64,000 nucleotides of DNA from Microthyrium microscopicum (Eukaryota). The position numbers were made by a program, and so were the translations under genes. The notes under the pieces are model-generated. The model ran no database searches, had not been told where the DNA came from, and saw only the letters and a program-made list of their open reading frames with translations. Location: NCBI GenBank assembly GCA_010405405.1, contig MU004230.1:3382627-3446626 (forward strand), written 5' to 3'. Positions 40,493 to 50,899 of this stretch are shown in pieces (the stretch's first letter is position 1; each line of letters starts with the position of its first letter).

Positions 40493-40975
40493 ATGTCCGA
40501 GACAGAAGAGGAAGCAGTCGATCACTGCTGGAAATGTGACTGGGAGATTGCCGATGGCGAATGTTCGAATGCCTTATGCCCCGAGACAACTGGTCTGAAA
40601 CCGGACTCGGATGACGACAGCGACTCTTCTTCAAACACTGAACATGATGATGACGATGTAAGCGATGACGATGACAGCGATGGCAGTGACGAGGACAACA
40701 GCGAGGATAACAGCGAGGACGACGGCGACGAGGACGACGACGACAATGCTGAAGAGGCCGATTCTCAAGAATCCAGCTCTACCTTAGCCAGCAAATTGTT
40801 GGCTTCCAACCTGCGTGAGAAGGGACTTCGCCTGAAGATCAAAATCTTGCGGCGTCGATTGCGTTTGAACAAATTAGCGAAGACGCGCGCGCTCAAGAAG
40901 CAGCAAATCAAAGATCTCGAAGAACAGCTTGTTGCCAACAAGGCATTGCAAGAAGCTAAATATGAGGACGAATGA
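40493..40975 (+). CDS. 160-aa hypothetical protein with Cys4 motif (CWKCDWEIADGECSNALC), Asp-rich tract and basic coiled coil
   Basis: ORF with the same motif as 38779..39627; possible 5'-UTR intron 40360..40427. Confidence 0.65.
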   Translation: MSETEEEAVDHCWKCDWEIADGECSNALCPETTGLKPDSDDDSDSSSNTEHDDDDVSDDDDSDGSDEDNSEDNSEDDGDEDDDDNAEEADSQESSSTLASKLLASNLREKGLRLKIKILRRRLRLNKLAKTRALKKQQIKDLEEQLVANKALQEAKYEDE

Positions 40976-41239
40976 TGGGGACGGTTCGATTCACAAAGGG
41001 GATACAATCATGAGAGTTTGGGTTTTGTTTGATTTGCATACAAAGTCCCTGCAGTGACGGAATGAATGGGCAATTTCAGGACATGCAGTCGACAAACGAT
41101 GTCGAGTAGAAATCACTGGTGGCGATCTACGCTCACAAGAAGCAGGTCTGGAAAAGTTTTTGACAATGAAAAGGTCTTGTTTAATGTCAAATGCTTCAGT
41201 GACTGTGCGAATCGTGATTCAGCTTCTGCATTTAGTAGG

Positions 41240-41469
41240 AGATACTCAACGGCATGGCAAAATAAATGGCGTACTTCCATTGACTCTAACGGTACCCAGA
41301 CGCTACGGTCTGTTATCGAGTGCTTTATTTGCCATAGAGGGCGTTCGAATTTGGAATGTTTATCAGATACAATGGCAATTAAAGCACCTTTTGGTTAGCA
41401 GCGCTGGTGGTAGCCATCAGAGTTGATGGGAGTACGCCATTTATTTTGCCATGCCGTTTTGATACTCAA
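41240..41469. mobile_element. Fold-back (MITE-like) element, copy 3 (inverted)
   Basis: Perfect 28-bp arms AACGGCATGGCAAAATAAATGGCGTACT / AGTACGCCATTTATTTTGCCATGCCGTT; the interior is the reverse complement of copies 1 and 2 (shared core CACTCGATARCA). Confidence 0.8.
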
Positions 41470-41543
41470 GCAAAAGCTAGAAATAAGGTGCCGGGAATAG
41501 CAATGGCTGTTGATGGGAGAATGCTATTAATTATTCAGTTCAA

Positions 41544-41590
41544 CACAAGTCACAAGTCACAAGTCACAAGTCACAAGTCACAAGTCACAA
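41544..41590 (+). repeat. Heptanucleotide tandem repeat (CACAAGT)6.7
   Basis: Read directly from the sequence. Confidence 0.95.
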
Positions 41591-43142
41591 TAGCACAGAA
41601 CGAAGCAATTTTTTAAAAAGTGTAGGTTAATTGACAGCTGCCTACCAGCCGTAGTGTTTCCCACCCACCACCCACTACAAAGGCACACGATACCTCAGCC
41701 ATTATTGATTCCGCATCCCATCCCTCCGCCCGCCGAGAATAGCCTGTGGGTGATAAAATCCCAAATTGAATCGTGTCAGCTAGATGGATCACGAACGTTT
41801 CTCGACCCTCTCTCGAGGCCACCACCTACAGGTTTTTGTCATGGAGTTCCAGGTCTTCTCAGAACACCAACCCGTAGTAGGCTTTGATGGTTTTTGCGGA
41901 CCAGCTTTATTGATCGTGACATCAACTGGGAGCTGCATTTGTAAGAAGTCCTGTACGACTGTACAGAGACTAGATATCGGTGGGCGATGTCCACAGCGAT
42001 ATATTTTCCTTCCTCGACTATGAGTAAAACTCAGAAAAGTAGAGAAAGATTGTTTAGTTTTGCTTGACACGCGATTGAGATCCAATCCAGGTGTGGTCGC
42101 CATCAGTATTTAGCTGGCTGAAGAAGAACTCGTGCGATTCTTGAAAGTGATGAGCCAGGTCAACTCAGCAAAGCCATGTCACGATTCTTTTGAACAGCTC
42201 GCGAGGGTTGGAAGCTTTAGTCTAGGCGAGTTTTGACATGCTCAATTAGGACCTCCTCGAAGTTGGCTTTTCAAGAAACAGAGCCAAGAACGTAAGAAAC
42301 AAGGCATTGCTGGAAAATCTGGCCGTTATCGCATAGCTCTGAGCACCAATGCTTGCATATGATCGAATTGGTGAAGTTCGATTGGATGGTATATTGAGCG
42401 GAGTGACCGCCGGGAATGAAATTCTTGATTTGTGTAGTTTTTGATTTGATCAATTGACCACGTCGTGGCAAACCGGCTAAAGGGCAAGGACGACAGCCAG
42501 AAGCTGCGTTGGTCGACAGGGAAGTCAACTAGAGAGGTTGAGAGGGGGGTTTGTTCTGGTTCAAGGCTCTTCGCTCAGTGCTGTGGGTTAAGTTGACAAT
42601 TCTGCAAGTGCTACTTTTGCAGCCCATTTCGTCGTGACAAACCTGTCAATTCGGAATGAAAGAAGGCATCATCTTTGGCTCCTACAAAAGACAGCGATAC
42701 AACCACCCGTAGAGAAAGAGGAAGAACAAGGGAAGGTGAAGGTAATCAAATGCCAGCAAAATCGGGATTTGACCTCCACCGCGAGAACAAGACTGCGAAG
42801 AATGACCTGATTATCTTCTAGTGCGCTAGCAAGTTCGCATTTACTTCAACGAACAACACACTCGAAAGCGTAGTTGTGGTAAATGGAGGCATCTTTGACG
42901 TAGAAGTATGATAGAAACCAGGTAACTGGAGAACTCTGTTGCCGTACTAGTGGGCGCAATTAGGCGAAGGACAGAGTCGCCGCAGCTGACAACGTGGAGA
43001 TGAAAAGACAATTGGCTTAGACTTGAAGTGGGAAGGCGAGAAAATGAATTTGAGTGTGAAATTCTAGAATAGTCAACGTCAGCAAAATAATCGGGAAAAG
43101 TTCGAGGCAACCTACAGGGAATGTAGTCGTGAGACTGAAGGC

Positions 43143-44218
43143 GTGCATTGATTGCATATGCTACAAGGCTCGCACAGCCTGTAGAGAATGGTTTATTGTA
43201 TGAAAGTGCTGCGAGGCAGGAGACAACACGAGTCGCTACTGAACAGTCGACTTGATCGGGGTTCGAAGCGCGAGCTTCTGGAGTGGTTCGCGAAAACCTG
43301 GTTTCATAATTCATTGGGGGGTGGTGCCCGTTTATCGGTTATGGCATAGGATACGACGCACGGCACTGCGCCGCATGGAATGGTCTTTTGTCTGGAGAAA
43401 TCGCTGTAAGTAGCAAGACAGCTGGAGTCGCAAGAATCAAGACGACTTCGATATGGTAAAACTCTTTGAACGGAGAGTTCTTGATGGATGGTGGAAGGAA
43501 TCTAGAATGAGGGAAGTTTAAAGCTGATGAGGTGTTAGTTCAGAGAAAACTGATACGTACATTGCAAGAAATGAGGCTTGATAGGCTTACTTTAATCTGA
43601 GCTGACATCTTCTCGGCAGTCCTTTTGCGTCCTATTATGTTGCATAGGCTACGAGTGGCGGAACGACGCCATATACTTTCGTAGGGGTGGTATGTTGACT
43701 GAAGTGTGACTGCGAGGAAGAAAACAGTCAACAGTCGACAAGAAATCGTCGACTGGGAAGGGTTTGGAAGCGCGAACTTCCATGTTTGGTGGGCCGTTAC
43801 TATTGCTAATAAAGACGTTTGTTTTCAAGGGGGGGCATGCCTAATCTCGATATGCACAGGATACGGTGTTCGGCACAACACCGCATGGAATGGTATATTG
43901 TCTGGAGTGGGAACCGTAAAGAGCAAGACGGTTGAGCATCAACACGCTGCGAGGAAGACATCGGCGTAGAGCTGGAGAGAGAACGAAGAAAGGTATTTGG
44001 CTATGAGAGGTTAGCAGATTGCCGAAACATCCATGATTAACTTGGAAAATGGACCTGATGGTGTTTTTGAATTGATCTCACGACCAGGGAAAGTGCTTTC
44101 TTGCATGGGCTACATATGGCAGCACGAAGCCATTGTAGAGATGGTATATTGAGAGGAACTGTCAGAGGAAAAGCTGACAGGCCTCCGCCGCGAGTGAAGA
44201 ATGTCGGCGAAGTGGAGG
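43143..44218. repeat. Array of five diverged structured units (three hairpins plus pseudoknot each); candidate ncRNA
   Basis: Units 43143..43252, 43324..43449, 43627..43755, 43837..43967 and 44093..44218 share GCAYRKG-stem-RTGGTHTDTTG and have covarying stems. Confidence 0.7.
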
Positions 44219-44814
44219 GAAGAAGAGAAGGAGGATATTCGAGGAACGAGAGATTTTATAGCGAACCAGTGTGGGTGCCAAGCCTCTAGCTTGTCATTCT
44301 TTGAGATTCCATCAAGTGATTCTGGAAGCTGCGAGTGATGTTACCTACGGTAGTCTGGTTTCTGTAGGAAAGGCAAGAGCGCTGGGTTGTGATGGCGGTC
44401 GGCAGTCGCAACCGACTGGCAAGCTCCCACCAGCGACGGGTGGCTCCCATGCAGTTAGATTTCCCTCTCCACATACAGAAGAGGATCTAGAGTATTGAAT
44501 GCGTTGAAAGTAGAACGGAACGGATGCTCTCTTTACAGTGTGGTAAACATCACGCTCGATGAGAACATCCCATTTATTTTGTTTATGGGTTGTCAACGGC
44601 ATAGCAAAATAAATGACAGCTACAGCCTCGTAGAGGTTATCATAAGGCTGAGCTAGGCCAAAGGTAGCTACCGTAAGCTCGGGCCGCCCCTCTTTTCCTC
44701 TCATCATATTACGAGTGATTATGCACATTACGCGACCACCTCAACTTCAGCAATACTGCACAATTATCCGATCAATACATTTTGCCTACATCGCCCTTGA
44801 TATGCACCATAACG

Positions 44815-45964
44815 ATGTCAAATCATACCTTTTATGCTCGTCCTTCTGTGACTTGGTCATGGCCCCCGCCGATACTACCCCCTATTAGTACTCCGAAATA
44901 TCCCAAACCTCCAGCTCCTCTCATGACAGAGAAACGCGCCGCTCCATATATTGACATGCAACCAACGCTTCATGTGGCAAATCCAGAGCTAGACAATGCT
45001 GAAAAAGAGAAATGCCTGATTGCTCCTCGAGCCGCCAACCGGCTTACAGAGTTCCAATACGGTCGTATATATGCCTATCTGGAGCTTGGATTTGATCACC
45101 CAGAAATAGCCCAAAGAGTGAAAGTCGGCAAAGAAACAGTAGCAGGAATGGCCAGGAATCTCAGGCGGCACAGCTCCGTACATCCACCATCAAAAGGTCG
45201 TCGGGGCCCAAAGTTCAAGATGACTACAGAGGATGAGGATGCGCTGTGGGAACATATGCTGGAAAATGGATGGATGCAATTGTCTGCGATGGCACGCTGG
45301 CTTTTGGAGGAGAGGGGCGTCAAGATTAATCTTTCAACAATGTCAAGACTGCTTCAAAGACGAAAATGGGATGATAGGCAATTGGAGCTGCAGCGATCAG
45401 GAAATGCAAGTACTCCCACCGGAGTCAAAAAATGGAAATCAAGGATTCGGTTTCCAGAAGCAGTAATTGTCAAGAGACGCAAGAAGGTTCCAAGGAAACC
45501 ACAAAAGCAGCAGACAATGACTCAGGCGACAAGCAACCAGCTGCCGATAAACCGGCAGTCGATAAATCAGCAGTCGATAAATCAGCAGTCGATAAATCAG
45601 CAGTCGATAAATCAGCAGTCGATAAATCAGCAGTCGATNNNNNNNNNNGCAGTCGATAAATCAGCAGTCGATAAATCAGCAGTCGATAAATCAGCAGTCG
45701 ATAAATCAGCAGTCGATAAATCAGCAGTCGATGAATCAGCAGTCGATGAATCAGCAGTCGATGAATCAACAGTCAATAAATCAGCAGTCAATGAATCAGC
45801 AGTCGATAAATAATCAGTCGAGAAATCATCAGTCGATAATTAAGCAGTCGCTACATCAGCAGACGCCGAATCAGCAGTCGATGAATCAACAGACGATGAA
45901 TCAACATACCTTGAGCCGAGATATGATGAGTCTGGCGACCGCAGCTGGCTGGAGCAACTACTGA
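44815..45964 (+). CDS. Tc1/IS630-like paired helix-turn-helix protein without DDE domain, with INQQS repeats; frame interrupted only by an assembly gap
   Basis: HPEIAQRVKVGKETV, GRRGPKFKMT and MARWLLEERGVKINLSTMSRLLQRRKW resemble the transposase DNA-binding region. The repeat frame resumes after the Ns and ends at TGA 45962-45964. Confidence 0.7.
45535..45905 (+). repeat. 15-bp coding minisatellite (AATCAGCAGTCGATR)n containing an N gap at 45639..45648
   Basis: Read directly; true copy number unknown because of the gap. Confidence 0.95.
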
Positions 45965-48765
45965 ACATTCTATTTCCACTGTGCGATCATTCTAGTATCT
46001 GGCAGCTTTACCAGCCCATACTTATCTTGATAAACTTTCCGCTGTATTGTTGATATCACTCAGAGATACATCCATCGTAATCTGGCGGTCGTGCATGTCC
46101 TTCCTTGGCAAGTGTTCGTCAACGACACTCGATTTCAAAAAGGCTTGAACGACAGCCTCAACCGCACTGCAAAGAGTTTGCACTATGGGGAAATATACTT
46201 GCTGCAGCTTCAAGCTCTTATGCAATGGCTTCAAGGATCCTCGAACTGCCGATATCAGGAGAGTGTCGAATTCACTGTTTTATTGTGACAGATCAACTCT
46301 GAGTGAAGCTGCTTCGAGGCTGCGGGAACTTCTAAGGACACATACCTGTTAGTGATGTAACTGACACAGTCGCCCACAAAATGAAGGATGTAGGATCAAC
46401 TCATCGTTGCAACAGGATTGAGCATCAATGGACCAAAAGACTAGCATGATCCTCCAGCTTAGTGTATTCCATCAGTCTAGCGCTATTCTCCATAGTCCTA
46501 TGTATGATAGGACATAAGTTTTGTTGAGCGGGCCGCCTGTTCGTCCCCCCAGTCAAATTGCAATTGCATGGTTTCGAGTTTGGACGAGTTGCTGCTGTTA
46601 ATTCTTACTTGAATGATACTACTCTACATTAAAAACAATAGCAAACATCAAAACTAGAAAAAGTCCTCCTTTTAGCAATGGAAGTTAGAGATTAGTCTTT
46701 ATCCTCCGGATTTACGTGCTCAGCCCATTGGCCAGCAAGACATCTAATTGGCCACACATACTCCACAAGCTGTCCGTATTGGAGATGCGCCTCTCCTAAA
46801 CAGGCAAGTCAACGATCTTAAGTAGCGTTTTGAGACGCCAACACAGCTAAACAAGTCTGGAGAAAGGAACCCAACTTGGACTAGCCTAGCTTTCTGATTG
46901 GACGTTGGATGAGGCTCAGATCCATTTTACGAGTTCTGGATCACGTCAAGGCGCCCGGCAAAGCTAGAGGCCGCGGAACTTGCAAGTCTTGGGTTTTGGG
47001 GCGTTGCAGCCGGTTGCACGTTTGCTTGTCTTGGAAATTGCTTGGTTCAGAGCCCCTGATGGACAAGAATGAGGCTATTTTACTCATCAAATGATCGAAA
47101 CTAATTACAATCTTGTGGGCGTTATGAAGCGCTTCGGGCTTGGCTGAAAGGTGTTGGTCTTTTGAAGTTCTAAAAAATTTCTCTGGTCCGGACTTTCAAG
47201 AGGGAACAATCAGGCTGGGGAAAAATTGTTCATGTTTTCAGCTCTACGCAAGGTGCATCGGTAACATCCGCAAGCTCAAACTTGGCGCAATTATTTTTGT
47301 TGATTTAGAGTCCAGACAAAGTGACTGAAATGTTTCATGCTTTGATCGAGTAACCAGGTTGATATCGTGGCTGCATAATTTGGCAAGCTGGCCCCATAAC
47401 GGCGTATTGTGCAATTTTAGAGGGTAATTACCAATGACAACCCAACACTTCAAGTTGAAGAATGATCATCACTACCATATATATCAGGTATGACGATAAA
47501 TAGACTAGGGTTCCCGAATTATCTATTAAGCTTAATAGGAATAAGCGATCTCTGAATCCTAATGGAATAATAAGACAGGGAGGTGTCATATATTGGAGCA
47601 AATGGATATGGTTCTTACAAGGCTGAGAAGGGCTCAATTGACAGGGTCTAGACTTGAGGAACCAGGGAACAGAGATGGATCTGGAGGAAAGAAGGTGCAT
47701 AAATTCTCACGCTTAGGTATGCAGGTTTCGTCTCTAAGACTAAACTTCAATACGGTCACTTCATATGAGCAGCCTAGCAGGTTGACAATTACAACAGGCT
47801 GGCAAAGGGCGATGGATTTGAGGGTACAAGACTTGAGGAGTGGTGTTGAACTTTGAAGGAGCTTGTCAGGCTGATTTATGCCAGACGTGATGTTTGGTTT
47901 GACAAAAACGGTTTCATTGATCTTGTCCTTCCATACCTACTTTACTCTTAGCTGTATCACTACCAGCCTGATTCTGGCTAAGAGGCAGAATGGAATCAAC
48001 GTTGTATCATTCCAGTGAACTCGAACGAATCTACTTCCTGCCGTTAAACTAGAATACGACATGTGTAATTTCAGTACAAGTTGCAACATATGACAGAATT
48101 TTACAAACCAAGGATGTCAAGAAAGCCCAAGGATTCAACAGGGCCTAGCTCAACATGCACCCCAAGAAAGTGGTAGGAACAGTGCAGGATGGCTTAAGCC
48201 TCATCAAGCTGAAGCGTCTCTCAGAATGGTTCTGGTCACTGGGCGGCGGAGTGGGTCTGGTGAAGAATAAAAATAAATAATACAGACCCCTCAACCTGTT
48301 GGCGGCCCATGTCTCCCGTCCACACCCCTATTGTAATGCTTGCTGCGGATCCTGCGCATTACAATTGAAGTCATTTACCTGAGTGTATTTTCTAGAGCTT
48401 GGGAACAAGGGTTGAGCAAGTTGTAAACATCATCATCTTCAGGTTCTTGGTGTTGAGGTTTGCTGGATCAATATCTACATGTACAGTAGCATTCCTCAGA
48501 TCTAAGGAAGGAACAACGGATCTCAAAACGTGCAAAGCCACGACTCCCACGCGCCCCCCTTCCATCGCTCTTTCCTCCCTTACGACGCAAGCAACAAGCG
48601 GTCATCACTACTACACTAATATACCCCAAAGCCATACTTCTTCTTCTCCGCTTGATTGTCTTCATCTCTTCTCTTAACTGCGCGGTGTTACTTCTCAACT
48701 CTCGTTTCTGCCTTCTTTCCTCCGAATCCTCCGCCGCCGCTGCGTCCGTCTCACATTTTTTTGCC

Positions 48766-50899
48766 ATGGCATCCGAAATATCTCATACGCAACATCCATT
48801 GCCGACCCTCCCCTCTCCACCGCCTGTACCAAACAAAGAACCCCCGGCAATTCCATCTGCGAGACCAGATCTGCCAGAATCTTTAGACTTCAGCAATTTA
48901 GACATTACTAATCACTCGTTTCCACCTCGCCTTTCCTCCATCTCCTCCGCCTCCTCCTCAACGCCTCAGACAAACTTTTCAAGACCAGTTGGTCGAAAAC
49001 CTGTCCCGGAATCGCAAGACTCGAAACCACAAAACGGAAGATATCATGGTAGCAGAAAATCATCTGGTGTTCATCCAGTAATAAATTCCGACGGCCGAGG
49101 AGATTCGCGGGCATCCTCCAATCCTAGTTCCGACGGAGACGCTTCTGGTCCTTCTCGAAATGTTAGCACTCCTGACATCAATTCTGTGCTTTACGAAGCC
49201 ATGCCCGTGCCTCAATACCTAGCACATCATCCTCAAGAAGTACATCCAAATCATGCCATACCAGCTGGAATGTCGGCAGAAGTGTCTAGAAGACCTGCCC
49301 ATGGGCATACACCAGAGATATTACTTGATGGGAATCATTCTGCGGAACTATTGGGAGAACCTGGCCCAGTCATTGAAGACTCTATAGAAGAATTACCTCA
49401 GCCGCGGTTTGCCAATCAGCCATATCAGCGCAATGGAATACCGGAGATTACGCATTCTACAGATTCTTTGGGTCGACCAAAATCTACACATACTGCAGGT
49501 TCTGGGTCGAACTCTGAAGGAGCTCGTCTAAGTCCTCATAGACCACATCTTTCAGTTGGTGGTAGTCCCTCTCCAACTGGATCACCAATGCTTCTTCCAC
49601 AAGGCCATACTCAAATGCGTCCCACATCCTACATCGATCTTCTTCAGACTCCCTATGCACAACAAGTGGCACCAGCTCCGAACCTAGACAATTCTTTTTT
49701 GCGATCAAATGTGGGAACAAATGCATCTTTACTTTCGGCAGTCAAAACACTGGAAATGTACCGGGCCAATGTGAAGAAGACGAACGACTCTGCCATTCAA
49801 TATGAATTTGCCGTGTTCCTAATTCAAACTGCCATGGATTTGGCCCCTGACCATATTGGAGCGCCAACCAAAGTAGAGTTATTGAGAGAAGCGCGTCAAA
49901 TCCTCCAAAAACTCGCAGATCGAAGTTATCCCTTTGCGCAATATTACCTTGGCGATGGTTATTCTTCCGGACTATTTAACAAGGGCAAAGAAGACTACGA
50001 CCGCGCCTTTCCACTATTCATATCTGCGAGCAAACGAGGACACGCCGAAGCTGGATATCGCGCCGCTCTATGCTACGAGTTTGGCTGGGGTTGTCGAAAA
50101 GATTACGCAAAAGCTGCCAAATTCTATGAAACAGCCGCTGCCAAAAACCATCCTGGTGCAGCAACACGTCTAGGCCTAGCATGCATTCACAATGACATGG
50201 GGCTCATCAATCAATATCGTCAAGGTGTCAAGTGGCTCAAACGCGCAGCAGAATCGGCAGATGCGCAGTACAATGCGGCACCATATGAACTTGCGAAGCT
50301 ACACGAGAATGGGTTTGGCGATGATATTTTCAAAGATCCACAATATTCTGCCCAGCTGTACACTCAGTCAGCAAACTTGGGCCATGCAGATGCAAACCTA
50401 GTCATGGGCAAGGCTTACGAGCATGGCCTTCTTGGTTGTCCGCAAGATGCTGGACTGAGCATCCATTTCTACACAGCCGCAGCGCAAGCAGGCGAAGTTG
50501 AAGGTATGATGGCTCTTTGCGCCTGGTATCTTTTCGGCGCAGAACCAGTCCTGGAGCAAAATGAAAGCGAAGCATTTGAGTGGGCCAAGCAAGCCGCAGA
50601 CCAAGGTAAGCCATATCCATAACCTTCCACCTTCCGCGAAGAAGAATGATGCTAACATGTCTTCTAAAACAGGATTTGCCAAGGCAGAGTATGCCGTAGG
50701 TTATTTCAAAGAAGCTGGCATCGGCTGTAAGCAAGACTCGCTCGAAGCAAACATGTGGTACTGGCGCGCAGCCCAACAAGGCGAAGAACGCGCTAAGCAA
50801 CGAATGGCAGCCATCAATTCGGCAGTATCGGGCGGCTCGACTGCTTCGACGGACGCGACGAAGAGTTCAAAGAAGAGTTTTCTTTCAAAGCTGAGATAG
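48766..50899 (+). CDS. Sel1-repeat protein, Skt5/Chs4/Ack1 (chitin synthase activator) family
   Basis: Pro/Ser-rich N-terminus, TLEMYRANVKK, multiple SLR repeats (AQYYLGD, AGYRAALCYEFGWG, AEYAVGYF); intron 50606..50672. Confidence 0.9.

Noticed and set aside
41241..41469. GATACTCAA (and GCGCTCA at copy 1) as target-site duplications
   Set aside because: Better explained by palindromic tips shared among copies; CTCAA recurs at the ends of all three elements.
43888..43907. TGGTATATTGTCTGG resembles the hairpin-ribozyme loop B strand (UGGUAUAUUACCUGG)
   Set aside because: The partner strand (CCAG-AGAAACA) and a correctly placed AGAA/N-GUC loop A were not found, so it is not called a hairpin ribozyme without a covariance-model hit.
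43143..44218. Short ORFs over the array (42841..43314, 43706..43969, 44101..44289) as a repeat protein; also CRISPR, tRNA or H/ACA readings
   Set aside because: Frames and stops are not conserved between units; there are no identical repeats with unique spacers, no cloverleaf and no terminal ACA box.
45432..45813. SAVDK- and LLIYR-repeat ORFs
   Set aside because: These are alternative frames of the 15-bp minisatellite; the apparent frameshift comes from the arbitrary 10-N gap.
46000..48400. Short ORFs and scattered splice-like signals; similar cases at 51.5-52.5 kb, 59.7-60.3 kb and 62.5-64 kb
   Set aside because: No coherent gene model or recognisable domain.
50860..50899. Missing CaaX box on the Chs4-like protein
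   Set aside because: Probably the non-prenylated Ack1-like paralog rather than a defect.
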